DNA of 64,000 nt, from assembly GCA_963674825.1 (NCBI GenBank), contig OY771587.1, forward strand, positions 3,680,001 to 3,744,000, written 5' to 3'. Below are positions 28,368 through 37,789 of this stretch, one piece after another (positions within the stretch are counted from its first letter, which is position 1; the number at the start of each line of letters is the position of its first letter). The position numbers and the translations under genes are program-made. The notes beneath the pieces were generated by a model that searched no databases, was not told the DNA's origin, and was given only the letters and a program-made list of their open reading frames with translations. The stretch is from Candidatus Cloacimonadales bacterium. Its GTDB lineage: Bacteria; Cloacimonadota; Cloacimonadia; Cloacimonadales; JAIOQZ01.

Positions 28368-30136
28368 TACTGCACCATCACGATTTTATGCGTTAAGGTG
28401 TTCTTTCCCGATTCCGCGCGAACCAGATACAGACCTGACGCAACGGCCTTCCCACGGTCATCGACGCCATTCCACTGCAATCGGAGCTGCGGCTGCTCGC
28501 ATTTACCATCGTACAACGCACGGACCCGGCGCCCTTTAACGTCATAGATAGTAACACTGACCTGCGCCACGCTGGGTAAATCAAGCACGATGCTGGTCTC
28601 GGGATTGAACGGATTTGGGTAGCTCTCAATCTTGCAGAACTGCGGCACAACATCGCTGTGCGCGCTGTTTGCAGACATCTGGACGTTGATTTCAGTGACA
28701 TCATTGCCAGTGATCTCGACATCGTTATAGGTTACATCGTTATATCCGTCACACTCGAACCGGACCGTGTAAGCCCCAGGAAGAAGCGGACGAATATAGC
28801 GCCCGAAAAGCTCGTTACTGCGCGAAGGCTCGACAGCCGTCATACCACTCTGGTTATCGATCTCCTCGATATAGACATCAGCCACGATCGGAGTATCATC
28901 CGTTCCCGTAACAACTCCCGTAAGCATCGAATTGGCAGGACGGTCGATGAAGATAAGCGCAGCTTCAAGATTGTCTGAACATATCTGATTCATCGTGTCG
29001 GCAGTTGGGAAATGTGTATTGCTCAGCTCAATGGTAAACGAGAAGATACGTTGCTCGGAGTATCCCCAATCACCCATGGTACCCTGACAGGTATAGCCGA
29101 AGTCCACTGCCTGGTTTGAAGTGTAAGTACCGGTTCCATCGATACGCGGAATTGTTGAAGCCATTTCATCCGAAAGAGCACCCATCACCTCGTGGTCATA
29201 AGAGCAGACACCGTTGAGATGCCCTAGTGGGTATAATACGTACTGACCGGACGAATGATAGGTTATCGCCCCCCAGAATCGACGGGATCTGATTAAATCG
29301 CGAAGATAAACCGTCTCCGGTTCCGACCATGCCTCGGGACCGTGATAGCTTTCCGAGTAATAGACATCGGAAGCGTTGTTGTTACCCCACACATATCCGA
29401 AATTCCGGTTGAGATCGACGCCATCGTTGGCCGAATAATCCGGCATCTGGTTGTTGTTGTTATCCCGCATGTTCTTGCGATGCCACAGATCGAGTTCCTC
29501 AATGCTGAGCTTGTGACCATCCGGGTTAATCAGCGGTACAAACCATATTTGGTAATTATCCACCATGGACGTGATTTCATCGTCTGTACCGTAATTTTCC
29601 AGTATATACTGCAAGACGGCCATCGATACTTCGACAGAGATCAATTCACGAGCGTGAATCGCGCCACCGATGAACACATTCGGTTCATCCTCTTCCATTT
29701 CAGGATTATCCGACACCTTAAGGCACCAAACTTCATGCTGGAAGTCTACATAGTTTTGCTTGCCCTCATTATAATAGATGGATCCCTGTGATGGGCCCAA
29801 TGATTCGAGCTGAACAATATCCCCGTACTGCTCAACGTATGATTGCAATTCTTCGGTCAATTCTGCGTAATTGTGGAACTGTTCGAGCTCTCGTGAGAGC
29901 TCTTCCCTGGTGCTGTGAATAGTGTATTCGTATCCGTTTTGAGTTAAAAAATCTATCAATGCGCTATCTGCAAAAAGCTCGATGATATTCGTATCATCCT
30001 GTTTGTAATAGCCTTGGCAAAATTCTTCAAGTTGTTGTACGAGCTTTTGATCAGGGTTATCGATTGTGATGTAAAAATCTTCTGAAAACAGAGTAATTGC
30101 GCAAAATAGAATCAGAATTGCAAGCCAGAATCTCAT
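28367..30136 (-). CDS. Secreted M14 zinc carboxypeptidase with T9SS-type CTD (paralog 1)
   Basis: HARE; NPDG; RKN; GVDLNRNF; TYHS; FTIE; YPNPFNP...ASGLY. Confidence 0.9.
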   Translation of the reverse strand: MRFWLAILILFCAITLFSEDFYITIDNPDQKLVQQLEEFCQGYYKQDDTNIIELFADSALIDFLTQNGYEYTIHSTREELSRELEQFHNYAELTEELQSYVEQYGDIVQLESLGPSQGSIYYNEGKQNYVDFQHEVWCLKVSDNPEMEEDEPNVFIGGAIHARELISVEVSMAVLQYILENYGTDDEITSMVDNYQIWFVPLINPDGHKLSIEELDLWHRKNMRDNNNNQMPDYSANDGVDLNRNFGYVWGNNNASDVYYSESYHGPEAWSEPETVYLRDLIRSRRFWGAITYHSSGQYVLYPLGHLNGVCSYDHEVMGALSDEMASTIPRIDGTGTYTSNQAVDFGYTCQGTMGDWGYSEQRIFSFTIELSNTHFPTADTMNQICSDNLEAALIFIDRPANSMLTGVVTGTDDTPIVADVYIEEIDNQSGMTAVEPSRSNELFGRYIRPLLPGAYTVRFECDGYNDVTYNDVEITGNDVTEINVQMSANSAHSDVVPQFCKIESYPNPFNPETSIVLDLPSVAQVSVTIYDVKGRRVRALYDGKCEQPQLRLQWNGVDDRGKAVASGLYLVRAESGKNTLTHKIVMVQ

Positions 30137-30274
30137 TGTTCCTCCGACAGAATATTGTTATTCATATTGCATTATTCTCACACGTGAGAATTCAGCAAGA
30201 AAAAACCGATTTTTTTTCTTAACAGCATTTGCCTACATGGATAAAACGGATTCAGAAATAAAGGCAGGCTTGAT

Positions 30275-30787
30275 ATGTATATCATTAATCCAAACCAGCA
30301 CAGCGATCGGGAAGTTGCCGACGTCCTTGAGAAAAGAGGCGTTGAGCATTCCATCGTTATCGCATTGAAGCACCCAGATCAAATTGATTTATACAAACGA
30401 TTTAATCCGACATACTGTGTAGAGAAATTCACCGAGGATATCACCGAGGATTTATGCGTGAAGTGCATCGAAGATGGCTACCGCGTCATTACACCTGGTG
30501 AATACCGCAAGGCTCGTCTCACGAATCTACCGGAACTGGATACGCATCGTTTACCGCCAGAACTGGTAAAAGTAAGCCTCGGACTTATGAGCGCGTCGCT
30601 GAAAGAATGCCTGCGAATTGGAAGCATGGCTCTGGTTTGCCGAATTGTTGATTCAGGCGATAAAATCCTTGCCATTGGCGGTAGAAACGGGCGTCTGGAT
30701 ACCGCTGCTGTGATTCTTCCCGGATTCGCACCTGATTTTGTTGACGCGAAAGTTATTGAGATAAAATGTGCACCATACGATCAATGA
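30275..30787 (+). CDS. Standalone pyruvate-kinase C-terminal (alpha/beta) domain-like protein
   Basis: K..LRIGSMA....AIGG.NG.LDTAAVILP.....F....V.EI.C.P resembles this family as I recall it. Confidence 0.6.
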   Translation: MYIINPNQHSDREVADVLEKRGVEHSIVIALKHPDQIDLYKRFNPTYCVEKFTEDITEDLCVKCIEDGYRVITPGEYRKARLTNLPELDTHRLPPELVKVSLGLMSASLKECLRIGSMALVCRIVDSGDKILAIGGRNGRLDTAAVILPGFAPDFVDAKVIEIKCAPYDQ

Positions 30788-30816
30788 AATATGATACATA
30801 ATGAGAGATTTTAAAA

Positions 30817-31587
30817 ATGAGAACGATTGACTTACCCAAAGAGATAGAGAATATCGTCGAATTCATCCGGCTTCAGTTGAAAAATGCCGGACTGAAACAT
30901 CTTGTCATTGGGCTTTCCGGCGGCATCGATTCGTCACTTGCAGCCGCACTGAGTGTGCAGGCAGTAGGTAAAGACAACGTCACCGGCTTCATGCTACCGT
31001 ATAAAGGCAGTCACCCGGACAGCCTCAACCATGCTAAAGAAGTAGCCGAACACCTCGGCATCAAGTATCACGTGGTTGAGATCACACCTATGGTAGACGC
31101 TTATTTTAACACCTACGAACCGGACGCGAACTCGCTGCGTCGCGGCAATCGCATGGCGCGCGAACGCATGTGCGTCCTTTACGACAATTCTGCGAAATAC
31201 GGCGCACTGGTTGTTGGTACCGGCAATAAAACCGAACTTCTGATCGGCTACGTTACTCAATACGGCGATGGCGCTTGTGCGTTCGAGCCGTTAGGGCATA
31301 TCTACAAGACAGAAGTCTGGGAGATGGCTCGTATGCTCGGATTACCCAGTTCGGTTATCGAGAAGAAACCGACCGCCGATCTCTGGGATGGACAGACCGA
31401 CGAAGACGAGCTGGGCATCACCTACGCGAAACTGGACGAAATCCTCTTCCGCATGATCGATATTGGCTGGACAAAAGAACAAATCGCTCAGGATGGATTC
31501 AACATAAAGGATATCGAGAAGGCAATCGAATTGCATCGAAAATCCGAATTCAAACGCAATCTACCTCCTGCACCGGAGCTTCAATAG
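30817..31587 (+). CDS. nadE: NH3-dependent NAD+ synthetase
   Basis: GLSGGIDS; N..AR.RM; GTGNKTE; YGDG; PTADLW.GQTDE. Confidence 0.95.
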   Translation: MRTIDLPKEIENIVEFIRLQLKNAGLKHLVIGLSGGIDSSLAAALSVQAVGKDNVTGFMLPYKGSHPDSLNHAKEVAEHLGIKYHVVEITPMVDAYFNTYEPDANSLRRGNRMARERMCVLYDNSAKYGALVVGTGNKTELLIGYVTQYGDGACAFEPLGHIYKTEVWEMARMLGLPSSVIEKKPTADLWDGQTDEDELGITYAKLDEILFRMIDIGWTKEQIAQDGFNIKDIEKAIELHRKSEFKRNLPPAPELQ

Positions 31588-32780
31588 TGAAACTATTCAA
31601 ATCGGACCGCTGTAAGCGATGCAAAACGCATCCGGGGCACCGATTTTGTATCCGGACAGCGAAAGATATCTGCTGGCACTGTTGTAACGAGTTGCGCTTG
31701 GACGGCAAATGTCCCGATACATGCCGCTATACGCCCAAGAAGCGTGATGACGAGATCTTCGCGACCGGCGTTAAGGTCGAGTCACGAAGCGAATTCCGCG
31801 ATTTCTTGAAAAAGATGATGAAGCGTTGGGCCTTTGAATCTCAAAGTATCTTCGACGGACGGATACCCATCAAGATGGCTGAGAATAAAGATCAGAAGGC
31901 CGAGCTTGAGACGATCGTCAACCAGCTTCAGGCAATCTCTGAACTGCCTGTCGATTACCTCGCCGACCTCCTGAATATCCGGCTTGAAGTAACCGAAGAA
32001 AAATCTGTCTCTCATGAGCAGGTGGGAAACCAGATTCTACGCACCATCATTGCACAGGATTGGGACATACTGCCGAAATTCCTGCGAACAGGATGGACAA
32101 ATGGCGATCCCGTGCTGGTAGAGAATTTCATTCAGCGAATGCAGTCCGATTCCAACATCAAGCACATCACCAGCTTCGATCTCATTGCTTCCGCACTCAG
32201 CGACAACAACCGCGAAGCGCTTATTCAGTACGAAGTGAACGGTAAGGTCGATCTGACGCTGCACCTGCTTGAAGAGAACGGAGAGTGGAAGCTGGAATCG
32301 CGCACTTACGGCAAGCTTGAGATTTACCGGGATTTGCAGCAGATCATGAATCAGGCAGCGCTTTACCTGCAGAAATCTCCCGATAGCGCATGCTGGGAAT
32401 ACATCAATAAGTTCCTGAAGTTTTATCCCGATTCAGCTGATCTTCAGTACGATATGGGAATGTATCAATACTTCAATCGCAACACAAAACGCGCGAGAAT
32501 CTATCTGATGAACGCGGTGGAAATCGACGGTTCGTTTACCGAGGCAAGGTACGCTCTGGCGACTATCCTGCAAACGTCGGATGAACCCCAGGAAGCCGAA
32601 CGCCATTATCGCATCGTGCTCGAGCAGAATCCGGACGATTTTCGTGCAATGAACAATATCGCGACCATAATGATCGATTCGGATCGCAAGGAAGAAGCGA
32701 AAAAGCTGCTTCTGAAATGCCTTGCCATCCAGCCCGAATTCGAGATGGCGCAGAAAAATCTGGAAAGGTTATCGAGTTGA
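31587..32780 (+). CDS. TPR protein with N-terminal Cys-rich (Zn-binding) domain
   Basis: GTG start overlapping the nadE stop; CKRC...C...CWHCC...CPDTC; C-terminal TPRs (AMNNIA...AQKNL). Confidence 0.75.
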   Translation: MKLFKSDRCKRCKTHPGHRFCIRTAKDICWHCCNELRLDGKCPDTCRYTPKKRDDEIFATGVKVESRSEFRDFLKKMMKRWAFESQSIFDGRIPIKMAENKDQKAELETIVNQLQAISELPVDYLADLLNIRLEVTEEKSVSHEQVGNQILRTIIAQDWDILPKFLRTGWTNGDPVLVENFIQRMQSDSNIKHITSFDLIASALSDNNREALIQYEVNGKVDLTLHLLEENGEWKLESRTYGKLEIYRDLQQIMNQAALYLQKSPDSACWEYINKFLKFYPDSADLQYDMGMYQYFNRNTKRARIYLMNAVEIDGSFTEARYALATILQTSDEPQEAERHYRIVLEQNPDDFRAMNNIATIMIDSDRKEEAKKLLLKCLAIQPEFEMAQKNLERLSS

Positions 32781-32798
32781 TAGTCTGCCATGCTGCTG

Positions 32799-32858
32799 TC
32801 CTTCGACTCTATGAAAGATAGTGTTTGTGCTTTGCAAAACTCACAGCTCAGGATGACA
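32799..32858 (-). repeat. TGTC-type REP interrupted by a 36-nt insertion
   Basis: TCCTTCGACTC[32810-32845]GCTCAGGATGACA compared with the intact copy at 17891. Confidence 0.8.
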
Positions 32859-32918
32859 TAGCATAGCAGAAAGCTTTACTGGCTCATGCTAACACGAGCG
32901 AAACAAAGGAGAAAGAAG

Positions 32919-33392
32919 ATGGATAAAATCAAGAACGCATACCTCTATGCTATCCAAAATGAAATCAAGACCAAGAATCTCTATAAATTACTGCAAAAAG
33001 CCTTCTTGAAAGCACAGGTTGGCCATGTATTTCTCGAACTGATCGAGCTGGAGAAAATCCACGAACAGAAGCTGACCGAACAATTTAAAAAAATCTTCCC
33101 GGGCGAAAAGCCGGATGTCGATCCTAAAGCAATATTCACGTTCCACAGCGACGTGGACCTAAGGGATGCCGACGATGTGCTTCAGTTCGCCATGGATATG
33201 GAACAGCATGCGCACGATAAGTACGAGCAACTTGCCGCTGAGACCAACAATGACGAGACGAAGGAGCTTTTCAGCTTCCTCGCCGATGAAGAAAGTAACC
33301 ACAAGGATCTGCTTCAGGATGAGATCGAACGCATCCACGGCGCGATGACATGGTTCGATCCTTCCGAGCTGAACGGATTACAGGAATATTGA
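32919..33392 (+). CDS. Ferritin/rubrerythrin-like protein
   Basis: Two AxxxE...Y...ExxH half-motifs (LEKIH, EESNH). Start ATG 32919 after AAGGAG. Confidence 0.85.
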   Translation: MDKIKNAYLYAIQNEIKTKNLYKLLQKAFLKAQVGHVFLELIELEKIHEQKLTEQFKKIFPGEKPDVDPKAIFTFHSDVDLRDADDVLQFAMDMEQHAHDKYEQLAAETNNDETKELFSFLADEESNHKDLLQDEIERIHGAMTWFDPSELNGLQEY

Positions 33393-33416
33393 TCGAGTAA
33401 CAATAAAGGAGCTACT

Positions 33417-34760
33417 ATGCCGTTTATTTCCAACACCGACAAAGAACGTAAAGAGATGCTGGAAGCGATCGGTGTGGCGCGTTTCGAGGAACTTCTTGTA
33501 AACATCCCCGAAAAGCTGCGCCTGACACAGCCGCTGAAGCTTGACGAGCCGCTCTCGGAACTCGAGGTGACCCGCCGTATCAATTGTATCGCAGCCAAGA
33601 ATCGACATTCGGAAGCCATGAACTCATTCATGGGCGCTGGCGTTTACGACCACTTTATTCCCGCTGCGGTCGATCACATTATCATCCGGCCCGAGTTCCT
33701 CACCGCTTACACGCCTTATCAGGCGGAGGTAAGCCAGGGAACACTGCAATTCATCTATGAATTCCAGACCTTGATTTGCGAACTTACCGGCATGGAAATC
33801 GCCAACGCCGGTATGTACGACGGAGCTTCGGCAGCCGCTGAAGCACTCCTGATGGCATCCCGGCACACCCGCAAAGAGAAGGTTATTCTCGCGGGAACGC
33901 TCCACCCCAGATTTTACGATGTTATCCGCAGCTACACCGAAGATGTCGGCCTCGAGCTTGTCATCGCTCCGGTGAAAAAAGGCGCTACCGACCTCGATGA
34001 GCTGGCTAAGCTGATCGACAAAGACACCGCTGGCGTTCTGGTTCAGACTCCGAACTACTATGGCTGTCTGGAAGACATGCAAAAGATAGACGAACTCGTA
34101 CACGCGCAGAAGAAAGCGCTCCTCATCGCGGCCGTCGATCCCATTTCGCTGAACGTTCTCAATTCACCGGCCGAATACCACGCCGACATCGTTGTGGGCG
34201 AAGGCCAAGCGCTTGGCAACAAGATGAACTACGGCGGACCGCTGTTCGGATTCTTCGCATCCAGCTTCAGCCTGCAGCGCTCCATGCCTGGACGCATCGT
34301 GGGCGGAACACTCGACCTGGACGGAAAGCGTGGTTACGCCCTTACGCTCCAGACGCGTGAGCAGCATATCCGCAGAGCCAAGGCAACCTCCAATATATGC
34401 TCCAATCAGTCGCTTGCCTGCCTCGCAGCAACTGTTTACATGTGCCTGATGGGCCGTAAAGGACTTCGCGAGATCGCCGAACAATCGACCATTAAGGCTC
34501 ACTACCTCGCAGAGAAGATCGGCAAGCTGAATGGTTTCGAGATCGCTTTCGATCAACCCTTCTTCAAGGAATTTACCGTTAAAACGCCCATCCCCGCAAA
34601 AGAGCTTATCGACAAGCTGGTCGAAAAGGATATCCTCGCGGGTGTTAATCTGGCTGAAACCGGCATGAAAAACGGTCTTCTGATCGCTGTTACCGAGAAG
34701 AAAACAAAAGCTCAAATGGATGAACTGGTGAAAGCGCTCGAGGAGGTCAACAATGGCTAA
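33417..34760 (+). CDS. gcvPA: Glycine dehydrogenase subunit 1
   Basis: GAGVYDH; TAYTPYQAEVSQG; YDGASA; QTREQHIRRAKATSNICSNQ. Confidence 0.95.
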   Translation: MPFISNTDKERKEMLEAIGVARFEELLVNIPEKLRLTQPLKLDEPLSELEVTRRINCIAAKNRHSEAMNSFMGAGVYDHFIPAAVDHIIIRPEFLTAYTPYQAEVSQGTLQFIYEFQTLICELTGMEIANAGMYDGASAAAEALLMASRHTRKEKVILAGTLHPRFYDVIRSYTEDVGLELVIAPVKKGATDLDELAKLIDKDTAGVLVQTPNYYGCLEDMQKIDELVHAQKKALLIAAVDPISLNVLNSPAEYHADIVVGEGQALGNKMNYGGPLFGFFASSFSLQRSMPGRIVGGTLDLDGKRGYALTLQTREQHIRRAKATSNICSNQSLACLAATVYMCLMGRKGLREIAEQSTIKAHYLAEKIGKLNGFEIAFDQPFFKEFTVKTPIPAKELIDKLVEKDILAGVNLAETGMKNGLLIAVTEKKTKAQMDELVKALEEVNNG

Positions 34761-36243
34761 GACAATCTTTGAAAAACATTCGCAGGGCAGATTCGGTTAT
34801 ACACTTCCCAAGCTCGACGTGCAAGGCGATATCAATAGCTGTATTCCCGAGAAATTCCAGCGCAAAGGCGAACTGCCGCTCCCGGAAGTGAGTGAATTGG
34901 ACGTCATGCGCCATTTTATCGAGCTCTCGCACCTGAATCACTTTATCGAGAAGGGCTTCTATCCGCTGGGAAGCTGCACGATGAAATACAACCCCAAAAT
35001 CAACGAAACGCTTGTCCGCAACGCCGGATTCATGGACGTCCATCCCATGCAGCCACAATGCACCGTTCAGGGCGCGCTCGAGCTCCTCTATGAGCTTCAG
35101 AACGACCTCGCGGAGATTTCCGGAATGGCGGATGTCACACTGCAACCGGTTGCAGGTGCTCAGGGTGAATTCACCGGACTCAAGGTGATTCATGCCTATC
35201 ACAAGTTCAACGGCAACCACCACAAGCGTAAAATCATCCTGCCCGATTCGGCTCATGGCACCAACCCCGCAAGCTGTACGCTCGCAGGATTCGAGGTGAT
35301 CGAACTCAAATCGAATGAGAAGGGAAAGGTCGATATCGAAGAGCTAAAATCGCTCATCTCGGACGACGTAGCAGGATTCATGCTCACCAATCCGAACACG
35401 CTTGGACTCTTCGAGAGCCAGGTCGAGAAAATCGCCGAACTCATCCATAGTGTAGATGGCCTGATGTACATGGACGGCGCGAACCTTAACGCGCTGTTGG
35501 GCATCGTGCAGCCGGGCAAGATCGGTTTCGACGTGATGCACTTCAACCTGCACAAGACCTTCTCTACCCCGCACGGCGGCGGTGGCCCCGGTTCAGGTCC
35601 GGTCGGCGTACGCGAAGATCTGGTCAAGTTCCTGCCCGTCCCGATGGTTCGTAAGAACGATGACGGTACATTTTACCTCGATTGTTCGCACAGCGATACC
35701 TCGATCGGCAAGGTGCACTCGCACTACGGTAACTTCAGCCAGAACGTACGTGCCTGGATTTACATCAAGATGCTGGGCGCGGAAGGCCTTCGTGAAGTAT
35801 CCCGCAATGCCATCATCAACGCCAATTATATCATGCACAAGCTCAACAAGTACTTCCACGTGCAGTACGACGAGCATTGCATGCACGAATTCGTAGCTGA
35901 TGGAAGTTGGCAGAAGAAGCTCTACGATGATCCCGACAAGCAGATCAAGACGCTCGATATCGCCAAACGGCTGCTCGATAAGGGTTTCCATGCACCAACA
36001 GTCTATTTCCCGCTGATCATCCATGAAGCGATGATGATCGAGCCGACCGAGACCGAAAGTAAAGAGACGCTGGACATGTTCATCAACGCGATGATCGAGA
36101 TCGCATCCGAAGCGAAGGAGAACCCTGAGCTGCTCAAAGACGCCCCCTTCACCACACCGGTTCGTCGCCTCGACGACGTGCGTGCGGTCAAGGTGCTGGA
36201 CGTAAAGTTCCAGGATTACATGAAAATCAAAGAGGAAGATTAA
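34753..36243 (+). CDS. gcvPB: Glycine dehydrogenase subunit 2
   Basis: PLGSCTMKYNP; SAHGTNPAS; PLP-lysine motif NLHKTFSTPHGGGGPG; IEPTETE. Confidence 0.95.
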   Translation: MAKTIFEKHSQGRFGYTLPKLDVQGDINSCIPEKFQRKGELPLPEVSELDVMRHFIELSHLNHFIEKGFYPLGSCTMKYNPKINETLVRNAGFMDVHPMQPQCTVQGALELLYELQNDLAEISGMADVTLQPVAGAQGEFTGLKVIHAYHKFNGNHHKRKIILPDSAHGTNPASCTLAGFEVIELKSNEKGKVDIEELKSLISDDVAGFMLTNPNTLGLFESQVEKIAELIHSVDGLMYMDGANLNALLGIVQPGKIGFDVMHFNLHKTFSTPHGGGGPGSGPVGVREDLVKFLPVPMVRKNDDGTFYLDCSHSDTSIGKVHSHYGNFSQNVRAWIYIKMLGAEGLREVSRNAIINANYIMHKLNKYFHVQYDEHCMHEFVADGSWQKKLYDDPDKQIKTLDIAKRLLDKGFHAPTVYFPLIIHEAMMIEPTETESKETLDMFINAMIEIASEAKENPELLKDAPFTTPVRRLDDVRAVKVLDVKFQDYMKIKEED

Positions 36244-36263
36244 TTCCCAAGATAAGTCCATTC

Positions 36264-36292
36264 AAAGCCGGGGTCGCAAGACTCCGGCTTTA
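36264..36292 (+). terminator. Rho-independent terminator
   Basis: AAAGCCGGGGTC-GCAA-GACTCCGGCTTT followed by TATT. Confidence 0.8.
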
Positions 36293-36301
36293 TTAATCCT
36301 G

Positions 36302-36440
36302 GGAACGCGGACGTCCTGTAGGTTTTGGGACAAAACCTGGAATCTTCAAACGTCCGCATCTCTTTCCTTATTGAGCACGGACGTCCTCGCTCTATATGAC
36401 AATCACATTGGATTGCCCCTACAGCCCACGCGGAACGCCA
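36302..36440. repeat. REP-like cluster, one copy interrupted
   Basis: GGAACGCGGACGTCC[34 nt]CGTCCGC; degenerate copy at 36373; GTAG-type at 36398-36422; GGAACGCC at 36432. Confidence 0.75.
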
Positions 36441-36514
36441 TTACCCTTGGAATCCCCATGAATTTACCTTGACGCTGGATAAATGGTCGCATTTAATGGA
36501 AAATTGGAGTAGTT

Positions 36515-37789
36515 ATGAAGGTCATGCTTGTGAATCCGCCCAACGCGGGAAAGAGCATTCCGGAAGAAAAGTACGGGATCAAAGCGATTAAGCAGCTATT
36601 TCGCGGTGAGCCATTAGGCTTGGAAGAACTTGCCGCGAATCTGGAAGAACACGACGTCCGCATCGTCGATATGAAGGTGTGCGAACAGGACTTCACGTCT
36701 GAACTGGAGGCTTTCCGGCCGGACGTGATCGGTTTTTCCAGTGTTACCTGTGAAGCGCAGACGGTCTCCAGGCTCGCAAAGCAGGCCAAACTGCACCACG
36801 ATGTTACGACCATTGTCGGTGGCGTGCATGCGACCTACCAACCTGAGTGGTTCAATCGCGAGGAGTTCGATTACATCGTGATCGGGCTGGGCAAGCAGAG
36901 CTTTCGTGAATTGCTCGATGGTTTCGGGGATGTACCCGGCGTGGCAAAGACCAATCCCGGGGAATCGCTTCGCTATACACCGCGCGCGTTCAGCATGGAC
37001 GACCTCGTACAGGAAAAACCGCCGCGCTACGATCTGGTCGAGAAATATCGCAAGCAATACGTCGTGGAGCGGGTAAATCTCCCGGTAGGGTTCGTAGGAA
37101 CATCCGTCGGATGCCCCTATGCCTGTTCATTCTGCGCCATTCCCCGTATGACCGGCGGCCAGTATTTCTCGCGCGAGCCGGAATATGTGCTGCGTGACAT
37201 CGAGCTGCTCTCCGAGATCCCGGTGATCCGCCTGGTGGATGCAAACACCTTCGGCGATCCCGATCAAGCGCTCTCGATCGCCCGAATGATCCAGGAACGC
37301 GGCATCAAAAAGACCTTTGCGCTGGACATACGCGCGGATGCGATCGTCGAGAAAGAGGACGTTCTTCGCGAGTGGAAAAAGGCCGGACTGGGTTTCGCGG
37401 TGGTAGGATTCGAAGAGATCTGCGATGACAAGCTGAATAGCTTCAACAAGCGCTATAGCTCGCAGATCATACCCAAAGCGGTGGAAATCCTGCATGAACT
37501 GGATATTAAAATCTTGGGAGACTTCATCGTCTCGCCGGACTACACGGAAGCTGATTTCGACAGGCTCGAGCAGTATATTACCGATCAAGCGATCGAGCTA
37601 CCCGTGTTCACCATCCTGACGCCCATGCCTGGAACACCACTCTATCAGAGCATGAAAGACCGCGTTCTGATTCACGATCTTGACTATTACACCTATATGA
37701 ACGCCGTTGTTGAGACACGGCTGCCCGAGGACGTCTTTTACCTGCGTTTCTCGGAACTTTACAAACGATTTCACGAAAGGAAACGATAA
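36515..37789 (+). CDS. Cobalamin-binding radical SAM enzyme (class B methylase-like)
   Basis: N-terminal B12 domain (PLGL...VGGVHAT); GCPYACSFC; LTPMPGT. Confidence 0.9.
   Translation: MKVMLVNPPNAGKSIPEEKYGIKAIKQLFRGEPLGLEELAANLEEHDVRIVDMKVCEQDFTSELEAFRPDVIGFSSVTCEAQTVSRLAKQAKLHHDVTTIVGGVHATYQPEWFNREEFDYIVIGLGKQSFRELLDGFGDVPGVAKTNPGESLRYTPRAFSMDDLVQEKPPRYDLVEKYRKQYVVERVNLPVGFVGTSVGCPYACSFCAIPRMTGGQYFSREPEYVLRDIELLSEIPVIRLVDANTFGDPDQALSIARMIQERGIKKTFALDIRADAIVEKEDVLREWKKAGLGFAVVGFEEICDDKLNSFNKRYSSQIIPKAVEILHELDIKILGDFIVSPDYTEADFDRLEQYITDQAIELPVFTILTPMPGTPLYQSMKDRVLIHDLDYYTYMNAVVETRLPEDVFYLRFSELYKRFHERKR

Noticed and set aside
31275..31586. Long overlap of the TPR ORF with nadE
   Set aside because: Upstream in-frame extension only; the GTG at 31587 coupled to the nadE stop is more plausible.
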